64,000 nucleotides of DNA from Massalongia carnosa (taxonomy: Eukaryota), in the NCBI GenBank assembly GCA_965645245.1, contig OZ287069.1, positions 3,162,001 to 3,226,000 of the forward strand, read 5' to 3'. How positions within the stretch are numbered: position 1 is the stretch's first letter; each line of letters starts with the position of its first letter. A program made the position numbers and the translations under genes. Of the stretch, positions 12,505 to 26,080 are shown piece by piece. The notes below the pieces were generated by a model, which had not been told where the DNA came from, searched no databases, and worked only from the letters and a program-made list of their open reading frames with translations.

Positions 12505-13520
12505 ATGACGGACATAATTGACTTCAGCAAATCCCTCGACACGGCTCTTCTTGCTGGGAAATGCGTACTCATCACTGGAAGCGCTTCCGGTCTGGGAGCC
12601 TTGACTGCTGCCAAGCTGGCTGGCTATGGGTGAGACTTTCAGGCTAAGCGGCCAAGATAAAATGAGTGCCTAACAGGTTCAGAGCATTCGTGACCGTCGC
12701 GGACATCAACGAGGAGCTTGGTAAGCGATACGTGGTTAATGAGTATTCGCTTGAAGTTTGGCCAGAGTCCAATTATTCAGACCGATGTGGCCTCCTGGGC
12801 CTCACAAATCAATGCCTTCAAGTCTGCGATAAACTTTGCCGCTAATGGATCAATCGATGTTGTCGTTGACGTCGCCGGTATATTCGGAGATCCCACCGTT
12901 CCTTCTCAAAACGAATCACCATCCTTAGCCAAAGACCCCGTCCTAACACCCTTCTTTGATCGTGTAATAGACATCATCTTCAAGGGTAGATATTTACTAG
13001 CCGGCTTGCAATACATTACTTTGGGCTACCAACGGTATCCGGGAGATCATCCTCTGTTCTCAAGTCTCTCACCCTGATTGGGTCTCTCGTCGGCTATATT
13101 GACTTCAGCCAGAAGCCTGAATATGCCGCCTCCAAATGGGCCATAAGAGGTTATTTTCGTGCTATCCGGTCGCAGATGGAGAAGCAAGGTATTAGCGTGA
13201 ACCTCGTAGCGCCGTGGATCATGGAAACCCCCTTGGCAGCCACGACCATACCGTTCTTCCGACAAAATGGTAGGCAACCCGAAAGATGTTGCCGAGACCG
13301 TGCTTAGGTGCACTGCGGATGATGCTATATGAGGTACGTTGAAATTGATCCGTCAGAATCTTATAGATATTGATCGTATTTGAAGGATGCGCAATTGGAG
13401 TTGAAGCTCCAAATGTTTTTGACCTTCGGGATGATTTTGAAGGCCTCAGCAGTGATTTAAAGTCGAAAAACTACTCTGAGGGGGAGGGAAAGACTTTGCC
13501 GATTTTTTCCATATGATATA
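12505..13520 (+). pseudogene. Short-chain dehydrogenase/reductase pseudogene
   Basis: VLITGSASGLG Rossmann motif, then QTDV, SIDVVVDVAGI, YAASKWAIRG (YxxxK) and VNLVAPWIMETPL, lying in different frames. Frameshifts and a TGA stop are present; the 3' end is approximate. Confidence 0.8.
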
Positions 13521-14344
13521 AGCCGTCGAGCGTGAGATGGTTGTTTCGCAATACTTGTCGATTAACACTTACGATGCTGACGATGCTCTTCTTTTCCAGA
13601 ACCTTCGTCACCAAGGACAGCGAGGGCCGCTCAGCCTGACCATCTGTGTCTTTTCAGGAATAATAGTATTTCTTCGAGAAAAATACTGCTATCGCAAACT
13701 CCTTAGGGCAGGGGCGCTGACTGACTGAAATTTTCGAGGTGACGGGGCATGGCATCAGCTGCTGAGATGCTAGTTGCGACAGAACGTTTGATTTTTCGTT
13801 TGCGTCGAGAGATGGATCCTAATTCTTAATACAGCAAACGAGAGTTGTATTTCCATATTTGGCTCCGTCTCTACTCTATGCAGTTGCATACTCTAAAGTA
13901 TCCCCAATCATACATCAACTCAGCTGCAGGTTCAGAGCCCCATTTACTCACGCAGATTCATTTGTTACGGCGTTGATAGACTTGATTACAGCAATTTCTC
14001 TTCTCACTTTACTCTACCTTTTGCCTGACTTTAAACCTGTTGTTATTAACTTATTAGTCTTAGTCATTACAACTGTTGGAGGCGGAAAAACGCATCCTTA
14101 AAATCATAACTGTTCATATATGTGTGGAAGAGGCGTGGGATTGCTGGGTTCCAAAGCCTTGCGAGAAACTCTAGCGTGGTACCTTCGGACCTTTAGCGTG
14201 CCGGCATTACGCTCGCCACCTCTAGTTTAAACAACTCGGCCCGTCCCCTCCGCCAGGGGAACTCCTTGTGTGGTAACATTCTAAAATGTCGATGATGTAT
14301 ATATTGTACTATATCTAGACATTATCAGACCAGACGAGTGGAGA

Positions 14345-14667
14345 TATCATGACGGAGACATCAGAGCTGAATCTCCTCTAGCTAAGCCAAGAACATGAGG
14401 GATTTAGGCATACCAACCAAGCCAGACATGGCCAGTAAGATGGAAGATTCAAGAGAGTTGGGTGGTTCTCCCTCGATGTTATGGGTCCAAATAAGCCTTT
14501 TTCCTCTTTTCTTGTAGAGCCATAGAGGCACGGCTCGGGTGTAGCTCTGTGGAGTGATCTGTTTTAAGACTTGAAGATAAGACATCAATGGATTATGTAC
14601 GTGTTAAGAAGCTGACAAGCCGTGAACTATAAAGTAACATTAAATCCCGTTTCTAATCGTCATGACA
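14345..14667. mobile_element. Possible degenerate solo LTR
   Basis: 323 bp bounded by the inverted termini TATCATGACG (TGTCATGACG with one change) and CGTCATGACA. No matching TSD found. Confidence 0.3.
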
Positions 14668-16177
14668 GTCTATTTTCAGTTGATTTCATCATCAAGCTTT
14701 AAGGTTAAGTATCTCTTCGTTTCTTGAAACCAACGCTCTTCATCCATAAGTAGTTCGATTCCTCCGCAACCCTAGCAAAAGATCGACAGCCACGATGTCG
14801 AACATCGAATTCGAAACGAATGCCGATAAGGCTTCCAGACCGTTTGCGAACATAAGGCTCGGAGGTCTATGCGGTTTGTTTCCTCCCGTCACTGGGCTCT
14901 CACTGGAAATGTCGAGTAATTAACAAGCCCTTGAGTTTGGCTGGGAAAATTGCGGCTTTTGATGTTATATGTAACCTTCACTGAAATTTGATCTCTTAGG
15001 TTCTATCTATCACAGAGGCTCCTTTGCTTGAGTGCTCTGCACCTTTGTGGACCGAGTGTTAAATAAACAGTTGATGGCATAATGTTCAAATTACTACGGA
15101 GGTGACTGCTTATAGCAGTCACGGCAGCCTGCAGGGCTGAGCTAGAGGGCTCGTACGAGACTGACTCGTACGAGATTGAGAAAATACTCATATTTAAGGG
15201 CCTTAATACTCGAAGGAAGTGTACGCTTTGACAAGATCACAGATATCTCTGTTCGTGTTCTTTCAACTCCGATAGTGTGTCGCAGTATGAAAGTCCGCTT
15301 GACAACTTAAACGTACCCTGGGTCGTAGCGTTCTTCCCGCAAGGAACATGACCTCGAACTCGGATGTCATTGACTAGTTTGCAGCTTCTCGCACCGATGC
15401 ATCTGCGACACACTCTACTTCGCGTTCACATCCAGACGAGGATAAGGGAGCTCGCTTTTTTGAATCCCGTCATGACGTAGATCAAAGATATTGGGGAATC
15501 AGGTAGTTTGAACTGCTCTCTTACGTACGACTGAATACATGGATAACGGATATGGAGTAGGTATCTTAACGTCTCCTGATTTTCCGTAATGATTGGATTT
15601 GGGTTCGATAAAAATGAACATCATTTCTGGACGAACCTGTTGTGGCTTCGTTCTTGTCTGTGTCTTCCACACGTCTCTACGAAGTACTTTTTACGTCGGA
15701 GTTGGAAACGTGGGATCCGCTAATGCGCGTGCTCGTTCCCACTCCGAGATCGTTTCATGCTTTTATTTAAAGTTGGTAGAACTATGCGAAGCTTTTTAAT
15801 CACGACAGGGCTCGCTAGGTTGTGCTTGCTCACGACACTATTCCGACCACAATGTAGACGGATCCCATAAACCGATTACCTCGTTACCATGAATGTACGG
15901 AGACCAGCCGCTGGAATTGTCCCTGGCCCCCTTTATATACAATAGCATGGAAATGATATTCATGCGAAACCGTAGGTTGAGTTTAGATTCTATTACGCAA
16001 TAGAAACGCAACCGTCTTTCGGATCTTCCTTCAACAATATGACCATGAAATGTATTAAAACATATAGCTACTCATTTCCTTATCATTTTGGTCTTAACGA
16101 ACTCATGGTCTATCTCCGCATTGTCTCGAATCTGCACATTTAAACTTTCATTTTTTTTCGAAATCGATGGTTTCATC

Positions 16178-17133
16178 ATGCGCTTGCTTCTTCTTGTAAT
16201 TCTTATCGTCGTAGACGCTGCAATCGCAAAACCAGTCCCAGACAAGCCCTGCCCTGGGAATCTACCTAGAAGCCTTTCCGAGACGGCTATCAACACTGAC
16301 GGCTCGCCGACCCTCGGCCTGACCGCAAACAACATCGAAAGTCCCAATCCTGATGAACCTGATGGCAGTAATCCTCTCATCGAATCTGAAGCTCCTGGCG
16401 TGTCACTGCCACGCCCCGGGAACATCCTAAGCGAATCTGGAAGCCTACCTTTAGATGCATCCTACGCCCCGGACCCTTCATTCACGACCGCCAGCCTTGA
16501 AATAGGTGACTCCACCTCGGTGGTCTCTGCTCATCAACTTCCAAATGTCGATAGTGGGAGCTCGGATCCATCTCTGCCTTTCCAGGAAGACTTAGCCCTG
16601 GTCCCTTTCGGAACCGATAATAACAATGTCGAGCCTGAAGTGGAGGACACCCCAGTCAACCCAAATGATCAGGCATGCCCTGCTCCAGGCCTCATCGAAC
16701 CATATATAGAATACCCTACTCAAGTAAGAAATCAACGGGAATGCAAAAAACCTTCCGGTCTAGTAGTATATCCTAAACCGAAATGCGGGCCGGCGATCGT
16801 TTGCTGTAAAAAACCTATCTCTCCGATTACCAAGAATCAAGAGGAATGCACCCGCTGTATGTGTTCTTCTCGTTATGATCCTTTCGTCGCGCAAAGACTT
16901 ATGTGTATCCGTATAGATGATCGCCGGAATGACCGGTGCGCATGTTTTGTAAGCTGCTGTTGGAAATTCTGGGTAAGCCACTTCGAATCCATTACCGTTA
17001 CTCGCTTTGCAAGGGAACAATTTCCGTCGACGCTTCAACTGCTCTCCGTTAAAAAGTGCAAAGTTAACGCAAAGCCTGTGTACAGAACCGCTTCACAGGC
17101 CAAGGCATCCAGTGTGTCGCCGCCAAATATTGA
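16178..17133 (+). CDS. Secreted Cys-rich protein B (260 aa) with a hydrophobin-like 8-Cys C-terminal core
   Basis: Signal peptide MRLLLLVILIVVDAAIA, then a long acidic Pro/Ser/Asp spacer. Exons 16178-16856, 16917-16972, 17086-17133 total 783 nt. Core spacing C-x5-CC-x13-C-x9-C-x5-CC-x13-C, ending ...TGQGIQCVAAKY*. Confidence 0.75.
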
Positions 17134-18332
17134 AGCAAAGGTGGCTGTGTTGATAAGACTCTTTATTTCCCTTTTTTCTTCTTTTTTTCTTGGGGAAGTT
17201 AGGAAGCAGCGGGAAGTGGAAATTGAAGTCAAACAAAAAGCTTGCTCACAGAGCACGGTTGAGTCACAAATCGCACCAATTTCTGGCACTGCTTGCTCGT
17301 AATTCATTTGGCCACGGACACGAAGCCACAGCGCCGGGCTGGGGTTCTGGATCTGGTTACCTATCCTTTCACCAAAAATGTATTGTTACACTGCCACGCG
17401 GGAATCGGGACTGGGAATTTTTGCTCCGAGGCAGGAAAACTACTTTCACCTCATCTTTCATCTACCCTCAGAACAATCTATTTCACTCACGAGATACGAA
17501 TAACTAGCGATACTAGATGTAAACAGCATGTTTTTCCCTTTCACCTCTCTTCCGAGTCTCCAAATTGCGATTCCACCAAGATGATTGACTGGAGAGAATA
17601 CCGCCTAAAGGGGCTTAACTGTATCCGTATATAGATTAGGCATTTGATTGTACTTTTCTTTACTACGTCATGAGCTCCACGCGTTTTCTTTAACTTGGCT
17701 TTCTTCTTCTTCATCGCAGTGTTTTCAACTGTCGATGGAGCAATGCAGAGAGAAAGTCTCATTCTGTAAAACATGTTCCTGAAGGTTATGCATGAAAGAG
17801 AGCGATAACCAACAGGCAAACGATTGACAGCTGCCCATATGAATTGCCCAAGAGAGGGCGCTGGAAGCAAAGCGGGGTTGAGCAACTCTCGCAAGACAGG
17901 TATCTATCTGGATACTCTATACTGGGTTGTGAACCGAACGACCACTCCCGAAAAGAGTGAGTAGTTGATGCGTTGGGCATCATTACTTTCTGCGAACCAT
18001 TTTCTTTTTTACCAGCCCAATATTCTTCTGTTTGATTCAGTTATCAGAGCTCCTCGTCGATCGGAATGGGCAAAAGGCTTCCTTCTCGCGCCTGCAGGAG
18101 TGTGGCGTGGGGACCAGTTTATTTCGTCTAGAGCGAGGGGGGAAATCGATTGGATGTTCTGCCGTCGTCTTGCGTTCGTTGAATGATCTAATGTGCTATC
18201 TCCTCTAGGTGGAGAGAAATAAGTGATTGTTGCGTTTATAAAGCACTGCCTTCCTACATCTTCTTCTTCCAGTTGTCCTCCATTTGGGTTGGGAAATGTT
18301 CATCTTGACTTGGTGGGTTTTTGACGGGTAAA

Positions 18333-19408
18333 ATGACTACCTTCAGTAGATCATTCACTACGCTTACCGGCATGGTGGATCCTTTGCCCACGACGAGCGC
18401 AGTAGAAAGAATATCGAATGGAGACTTCTCAATTAATGCTCCAATGTGTACAGGCTGCGCAATTGCTGCAAAAGGAACTGAAGTCAAAGGGACCGGAACA
18501 GCAACTGATTTGTACGTTGAAGTTCCTGTATATAAATTCCCTTTGAAAGCTGAGTCCGTCCAATAAGTGTTTTGATTAGCGCATACGCAATAAATTTGGA
18601 ATCCTTACTGGGCGGTGTCTGTTCTATACTTACCGGCGAGAAAATCACCCTACAGACTAGGTTCTCGATCGGAAAACCTGACGCATCTACTTCTCTTAAC
18701 GATGAATCCTTTACGCAAGAAGTCGAAGCACAGTTTTTTCAGCTTCATCGGTGCGATGTCGTGTTCAGGGGGAGGCATTTCGATAGTACCGAATGCATTG
18801 TTCCTAGTGGGAGGTCCAAACTCTACAGCGAGAGCAACCACATATACCTCAGCTAATTCCACGCCTCGCTTATATACGCCTTCACCCTCCAAGTCTTTTG
18901 TAGCATCAACGACTTTATCTTTTTCGCGGGCTTCCTCAATACCATCAACCCCAACACTTTCCCCATCATTTCAGTCCAATCAAACCTTATCGTTCTCCCC
19001 ACGAATCAAGATTATCATTGGGTCTACGACCCCGAGCGGTTTAATTATATTCATGATACTCGGGATCTTTCTCTGGCGCAGATATCGAGCCAGCCGACGC
19101 ACGCCGACGATTCACAAAAATTTGTCCTCTTCTAACGACTCACCGCCCCTTTCTTCCAGCAGAAATCCGAGTTACATGGAAATCAATGCAGGCACGAATT
19201 AGAAGCGGAGCATAGGAGACAAGAAGCGGCAGCGGGAGAGATGCGGCATCAGATGTTGGGGGACGAAAATAGGCTTGAGCTTGAAGGAGATCGTAATCCT
19301 CACGAGCTCGAGGCACCTGTACTAACTACTAGAAAGTCGGCAGCTAATATTCTTACAACTTCTTGGCCTGCCAGCTTCTTGATCTTAGTATTTGGAAGTG
19401 TGTTCTAG
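18333..19408 (+). pseudogene. Frameshifted single-pass membrane protein (Ser/Thr stalk, TM helix, cytoplasmic ELEA/ELEG repeats)
   Basis: Ser/Thr-rich stretch, TM segment LIIFMILGIFLWRRYR, then in another frame FFQQKSEL...HELEA...LELEG...HELEAP. At least two frameshifts. Confidence 0.55.
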
Positions 19409-20861
19409 AAATGTGTTCCACCTTTCGAGCAGGAAGTAATCTAAGTCCAGAGAATGTTATCATACTTCCCCCTTTCGATGACATTGATTGATTCCTACAA
19501 CTCCATACCATTTTCCGTTCACTTTTCTCGTTATGTCCCCATTAACGAACTTAGTTGAATCATTCCACCTATACTTTCTTCCACCAAATTCAATGCTTAC
19601 AAGCAGGAGACAGGGATTCGCTGCTTTTACACATAGAAAAATAAGCTTACGTGTGGGGAATAGTGAATGAAAGAAAAGCAGCAAGCAATCCAGATGAGTA
19701 GATCGGTGGCCTAAAGATCGAGCTTTGGACAATACCTTGAGAAATATGGCTCATGGTTTAGAACAAAAGATGATTGAGGCTGCGGACAGAAATTATGTAA
19801 AACTGATTTTGGGTCCCTTACAATGGGAGGTGGTGCGAACAAAAAACACGGATCGAGCCTCATGACACACGATAGCAAGGCTTTCACACCAAGCATCGAA
19901 CACGAGGTAGCGCTGAACCCCACAAAGTCCTGTTTCTTCGGTTTCTACTTTCTATCTAAACACTTATTTCCCATCAAGGTCCCTGGAGCAGACTAGCATC
20001 TCCGCAACTCACATAATCGTAGCCATGGTCGCAGCCGTGGTAAAACTTAAAGCAATACACCAACAATGAATTTCCGGCGAAGCGGGATTTCCCCTTCCAG
20101 GTAACAAACCCAGGAATAGGAATCGATCGCTAAGGGAGTCAAATCCGAACGCCAAGAGACTAGGCCAATCAGCCAGCGCGAGGCTTTGAAGCGGCTTACC
20201 CATCTCGCAAGGCCAGCAAGGCAAAACTTCAGGGGAAACCTAACTATGCTCGAGGAGAAGTCATCTACGAAAAGGATAAATGCCTTAGACTTATATTCCG
20301 GTGGATTTGGGTGGGGGGGGGGGAGTTCCATGGATAAATATGCCGATTTGCAAAAACACCTGTGGTAACGAGGACGGGACATATAAATTACACTAACGCT
20401 GCATATCCCAAAGGGGGGGAGAACTGCTGGCGGAAGAAGAAGTATTGAAGGGGTTCGTCAGATGAGTTAACTAGCTAGAAAAAAATAGAAAAGGAAGGGG
20501 GGGTGAACTGGGTTCGAAGCAACGGTTGAAGGTTATTCTTTGATTTAACTCTAATAAAGAGATTATTTAACGCTCGGATTCTAAATAGAGACTCTAATAT
20601 TGAAGTAGATGTAACCAGGTATGTTGAACAATAACCGAATAGGTTAGCGAGAGGTGGGTGGGTTGGGGGAGTGAAATATTTAGAAAACCTTAATTAAATG
20701 TCGATTGTTAATTAACTAGATGGTTATTATATATCAACGCTTTCTATTGCTCGTAAATATAGCTAGAGCAGCCAATTAACTAACTAGCTGATAGGATTTA
20801 ACTTCATGTAGCCGAGTCGGAGTTTCCGAGACAAAACGCGCGATGAAAGCACCTTAGTTGT

Positions 20862-22888
20862 CTATCGCTCCCCGTACAGATTCCTATACTCGTCCACCAG
20901 CCCCGCCAGATCTCTCGCGAAGCACGGCCCGAACAGGTTCCCCCACCACCCCTTCCGCCGATGGCTGCGCAACCCCAGCTGTTCCAGCAGCATGTCCGTA
21001 TAGCTCACGATGTCGTAGTAGAACCAATTCCCCGTCTGGCCCTTGGCCAGGTACCGTCGCCGGCACCAAGCGATCGTGTGGGCCACGTCTTGCTCCCGCT
21101 GCCGCGTCTCGTCCGCGAGATCGTCAGCACGAGGGAGTTTCCCGTCAAGATAGGCGACAGCCCACAACGCTTGGATTTCAGCCAGGCGGAAATTGTTCCC
21201 GACGGTGAGTTTGCCGAGGAAGACGAGCGAGTGGTCCGCCGCGTCTGAGAGTGGGGCCATTGCCTTGTATAGTCGCCATGGCGTGTTCCGGGGCGCTGGG
21301 CTGTGGTGTTTAGGTGGGTGGCGTAAGATGGGGAACTGGGAAAGGATGGTAGCATCCCAAGTTTTTTCGCGTTTCGTCCATTGGATTTCGGCGTCTTGGA
21401 TTTGATCGGAGAGCGGGACGGGGAGGCCAAGGGAATAGGCGAGTGAGGGAGAGAAGAGAGGGTTTGTGGTGGTCCAACCCGTGCAGTAGACTATGGCGTC
21501 GAGATAGATGGTCTGTGGTGATTGTAACTTCGAGCTCGCTTTGGGAGATAAAACAAGCGCGTTTGTGGAAATATGGTCGACGGATTGGCGGTATACGTGG
21601 ACGTGTTTGGCGATGGTGGAGTAGAAGTCAGGGCGTTGATTGACGCCAGAACTATCGTTTTGCCAAAAGATGCTAAAGTAGCTTGTTGTAAGCTACCAAA
21701 AAGCCGCAGTAGGCAAGTCTTACTCACGGTGTATCTGGTTCCAAATTCGCGAAGCCTCTTTTCCGGCCTTCCTCCCTGTTGAAATCGGCCTTTCCTCTCA
21801 AATCTCTATCCATGCCTTCCCATAGCTTGCGCACCAACCACCTCCCCACTCTCGTTCGGTGCAGAAACATTGACAGTACTGACGGCTTCCCAAACGGACA
21901 GGCAAGAAACGCACCTAATAGCCTCGTCTGTACCGTCTCATTAGAATTGGCGTACGGCCCGCTTCCTTCGGGAGAAAAGAAGGCGGCCGGTCCACTGCCT
22001 TCCTCGCGCAAGATCCACGAGACCGTCTTACCGGCCTTCGCGGCGGCGTACGCCACGTCTGCGGCCGATTTAGCCCCGCCCAGAACGGCAAGATGCTGGG
22101 TTTTAGGGTCTGCCAAAAGCATGGACTGGCCAAAGTCTTTGTGGTGAACTGCTGCGCCTAAAAATTCCGCTTGGCCAGGGATTGAAGGAATACTAGGGAG
22201 AGACGTCATACCAGTGGCGTCGATGAGCTTCTCGGTGCTGAATGTTCTCGTGGCGCCTTCGCAGAACACGATCCAATTGCCCGCGGATTTCTTGACGCGT
22301 TCGATGCGCGTGTGAAATAAAATTCTCTCGCGGAGGGTCTTGCCGTTGTAGACATGGTTATCGACATACGACTCTAAGTATGCGGTGACGTACTTGGCGG
22401 GGAAGAACCCCCAGTATTGGTCTGCTTTCGGTGGTGGGCTCATGGTTCTGTCGGAGAACTCGGCCATGCCGACGGGAGCTTGAGTCCAGAAAGCATCATA
22501 CATTCTTTCTTAGTTCACCCGTCAGTATATACGAGGAATTCTCGTGATCACAATGTGCCTTGCACTTCATGGTTGTCGAACTTGCAAACTCCAAAATGAG
22601 AACAAAGCAAGAAGACTAGACCGATTGTGTTTTGCTCTTCAGAACCGAGAGAACAAACTAGAAGAAACAAGGGTGGTTACTCGACCCCCAAGTTCCCCCG
22701 ACAACATCATCCCATTCCAGCACCAGAAGTTTAGCATTGGGATGAATGTCAAGATAGGTCCGCGCTGCTTGAATGCCATAAAGCCCTGAAGCACTTTATG
22801 AGAAGACGAACTTGAAATTGAGAAGTAGACTTCAACCTGCACCAATCACAATGACATCCCAGCCATTTGAGCGAATTTCTCCATCCAT
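20862..22888 (-). CDS. Class B flavin-dependent monooxygenase (FMO-like) #1
   Basis: DVIVIGA|GLYG FAD motif split by an intron, VGGTW, ATG, FLGAAVHHKDF (FxGxxxHxxxF fingerprint), GGAKSAAD NADPH motif and CTGW. Three introns; reading frame intact. Confidence 0.9.
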
Positions 22889-23691
22889 GACCACGGCGCA
22901 GTTAGCCTGAGGCGGACGTTTTTTCGATTCAAGTCGTGTAGTAATGTATGGCCTAGCGATTCAATAAGATTTACAGCACAAAGTGTTGAGATTAGCATGA
23001 AGAGGGCATCGGGATGCTACCTCGAAAATAGTTGAAGTGGAGGTTTGATCCTCGTGTTTGTTTCTCGGCCAATGGAAGTTAACTGACGTGCTGACAGCTC
23101 AAAAAGCACGTGATCCGGCGAGACACTAGTACGTATAGAGTATAGCTACGTAGACTACTACGGATACTGTGTTAGTACTCTTACGCGTTAAACTATCCAC
23201 GTTACTCAAGCGAGCTCAATGTTATCGTCGGGGTTATAAAGAGAGTCGATTCTTGTCAATAGACATGAAGGATTCCTGACAGGGCCAATGTCGAAATCAT
23301 AAAGTGACATGACGCCTCGCAGCGAGTCAGCGAGACTCCGCCTCCAAACCCAAACACCTAGATGAAGGATCTCCCATATCTGTTGATGTTATAATGTGCT
23401 AAGACATCAGTAAATAGAGTAGATAAAGTATGGAGATATGACCTTGAACACATAGCAGCCGGTCGTCCCAGGAATCAAGAGTAAGAGTTACTTTTTGGAA
23501 GACATCAAACACTAAAGGCCATTTCAGTCCTCCGATATAACTACCACACCCCACAAAGGCATAATGATTAAAACTTTGGCGGTACTGAGTAGAGCTTGCT
23601 CTAAAAGACCATGGTTTTGCGCTAGTTATTCGTCTATAATGCTATACAATTTTCATTCTCGTATCATGAGCACTAGAGTACTGCAACGGCT

Positions 23692-25020
23692 ATGACATAT
23701 CTACCCTCTTTTTAGACCATGTCGAGGATATCGAGCTGTATCGACCGGGTGGCTTCCATCCAGTACACCTTGGAGATACCCTTGCCAGTGGAAGATATTG
23801 AATAATTCACAAGCTAGGTTTTGGCGGCTATTCCACGGTTTTGCTAGCCCAAAAGGAATTCGAAGAACGATACATTGCACTCAAAACCATGGCCGCTGAA
23901 GCTTCTCTTGATTTTATCGAATTTGAAGTTCTCCAGCATCTTGCAACGACCTCATGCGACTAGCTAGCTCGAACATATGTTGCTTCCACCCTAGATCACT
24001 TTAAATCTGAGGGCCCAAACGGAGCTCATATTTGTTTAGTTTTGCAAGTTGCTGGACCAAACATTACCCAGATGTATCACAGCCTAGGTCAAAGTCGTAG
24101 ATTACAAGGAGACTTGGCGCGGAGGTTAGCTGGACAAGCCGCTAAAGCTCTTGTATTCTTGCACTCGAACGACATAGTTCACGGGGGTATGACTGATGTC
24201 CGCATCTCTAACATTCACCACGTTAAATATGATCCACCTTAAAGACTATACAATGTCAAATATCCTTATTCAACTTGCCAACATTAATGGCTGATCAGAA
24301 GGAGAAATTTTGGACCGATTTGGCCATCCGATTAAAGACAATATATCGTCTTTCCCTGGACCGGAGCTCAATCCCTGCATACTTGATAGAGCCAGCGGTA
24401 ATGTTCAATACCGACCCTCAATGGCTGAACAAGGAAATTCTGGTCATTGACTTTGGCCAACCCTTTTTCTCCGGCCAGCCACCAGTACAAGGACTTGGCA
24501 CCCCTCTCTCTTGTAGAGCGCCGGAAGTTATATTCGATCTGCAGGCAAAATTTGGTCGGACATCTGGACTTTGGGCTGCGTCATTTGAAATCCGTTCGGA
24601 AACAACCTTATTTGCCTCTTTTTCAGAGGCTCCACCGAAGTGCTGCTCAAATGGTTCAAACTCTGGGCAAATTTCAGAGCCTTGGTGGAATAAATGGGAG
24701 CAGCGACATACTTATTTCGATGATCACGGGAAGCCAAAGCAAATATGGGCGAATAAAATTCCAATGGCTTTAGAATATCCTTTAGCAGAGCAGATAAAAG
24801 ATATCAGCATCGAGGACGGAGAAGATGGAGAAGATGGAGACGGTGAGGATGACAGCGGGGGCTAGCCTCCTGACGACAAAGGGCAGGAGCTGATGGAAAT
24901 TATGGAAACAAAACTAACAAATGATGAAGAAGATATCCTGGAGAATCTATTGGTGAAAATACTCAAGTATACACCTATTGAACGACTAAGATTGAACAAA
25001 ATAGTAACCCACCATTGATT
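23692..25020 (+). pseudogene. SRPK-like (CMGC) protein kinase pseudogene
   Basis: EDIELYRPGGFHPVHLGD, HKLGFGGYSTV, YIALK, FLHSNDIVHG, IDFGQ and RAPEV motifs. In-frame stops (GRY*IIHK, SCD*LA) and frameshifts. Confidence 0.9.
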
Positions 25021-26013
25021 TCTTCAATAAAGCCAGAGGGGCGAGGATTCTATAACAAAAGTCGCGATAAAAGCTCGACTAAACGGAGTATCTGTAAAGG
25101 TAGGCTGATAGGTCGATAACCTGCCTCCTGTGACCTAACTAACTTGGCTTTCATGTAAACAGGTAGCGTTTCGGATCTCTCCTAATGTATTCGCCAAAAA
25201 AAAAGATAACTTCCTCGAAGACATGTCTATTTGGTCAAAGCAGCTTCTTGTATCGAGTATGCAATTCGCCCACGAGTTATGTTGTGTCCCATGACTGATG
25301 TGAATACCATGAGAGTGCTTCCTTGGAAGCCCATGAAAGCCTTTGTTCAAAGATCAGAAGACCGCAATCGGTCGAAACTATTGACCTTATGCGAAATCTT
25401 GTTCAGTGGCTGGTCGCGAATTACAAATCGAGGGGACTTTACCCAATATTTTAACCTAGCATGCGAATGGTTCCTTCCTATTAACTCTATCGGGGTCTAG
25501 GATGCTAAGGAAATGTCGTCTCTCACTAAATGGTATAGCCCTTACTATTTCCCCTGAGTCAATTTGGTCGTGGAAACAGAAGTAGTCTCGTAATCCCCCT
25601 CAGGCTTGCTTCCGCTACGCATAACCCGCAATCCTGTATGTACCAAATTGTGTATAACTTTAAATGTCTCGCCACGGAAAAATTTACAGCGGGGTGATGG
25701 TAGTAAGACCTGTCAGATGAATCGCTAAACATAAGAGTTCATCAACGGTATTGCTTTATATACTCCCTTAACTGGCCCCTTGTGCCGGGAGCTGGACTCG
25801 CGAGATGGGATATTTATATACCTCTACATTATTTGAGCACAGAATCTTCCCAGAATATGTATACCCTGTACATGTCTCATGCCACACGCCACGCTAGACC
25901 TAAGAAACCCTTCTCTTAACTAATTCAAGAAATTTTCTTCAGCGAAAGCTCGTGGAGAGATCGAGTTCCCGCCCCTGTTCCCGTTCCTGTTTCTGTTGTC
26001 TTGTCATATATTA

Positions 26014-26080
26014 TCTCTCTCTCTCTCTCTCACTCCCTCTCTCTCTTTCTCTCTTACATACACACACACACACACACACA
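26014..26080. repeat. Compound (TC)n/(CA)n microsatellite
   Basis: TCTCTC... run followed by ACACAC... run. Confidence 0.9.

Noticed and set aside
16088..17302. 404-aa single-exon ORF from the track
   Set aside because: It reads through two in-frame introns. The spliced model from ATG 16178 gives a signal peptide and the complete Cys pattern.
19990..20820. TpA-rich, RIP-like transposon relic (similar tracts near 5300-6000, 34440-35050 and 63450-63900)
   Set aside because: No recognisable termini or protein motifs, so it cannot be classified.
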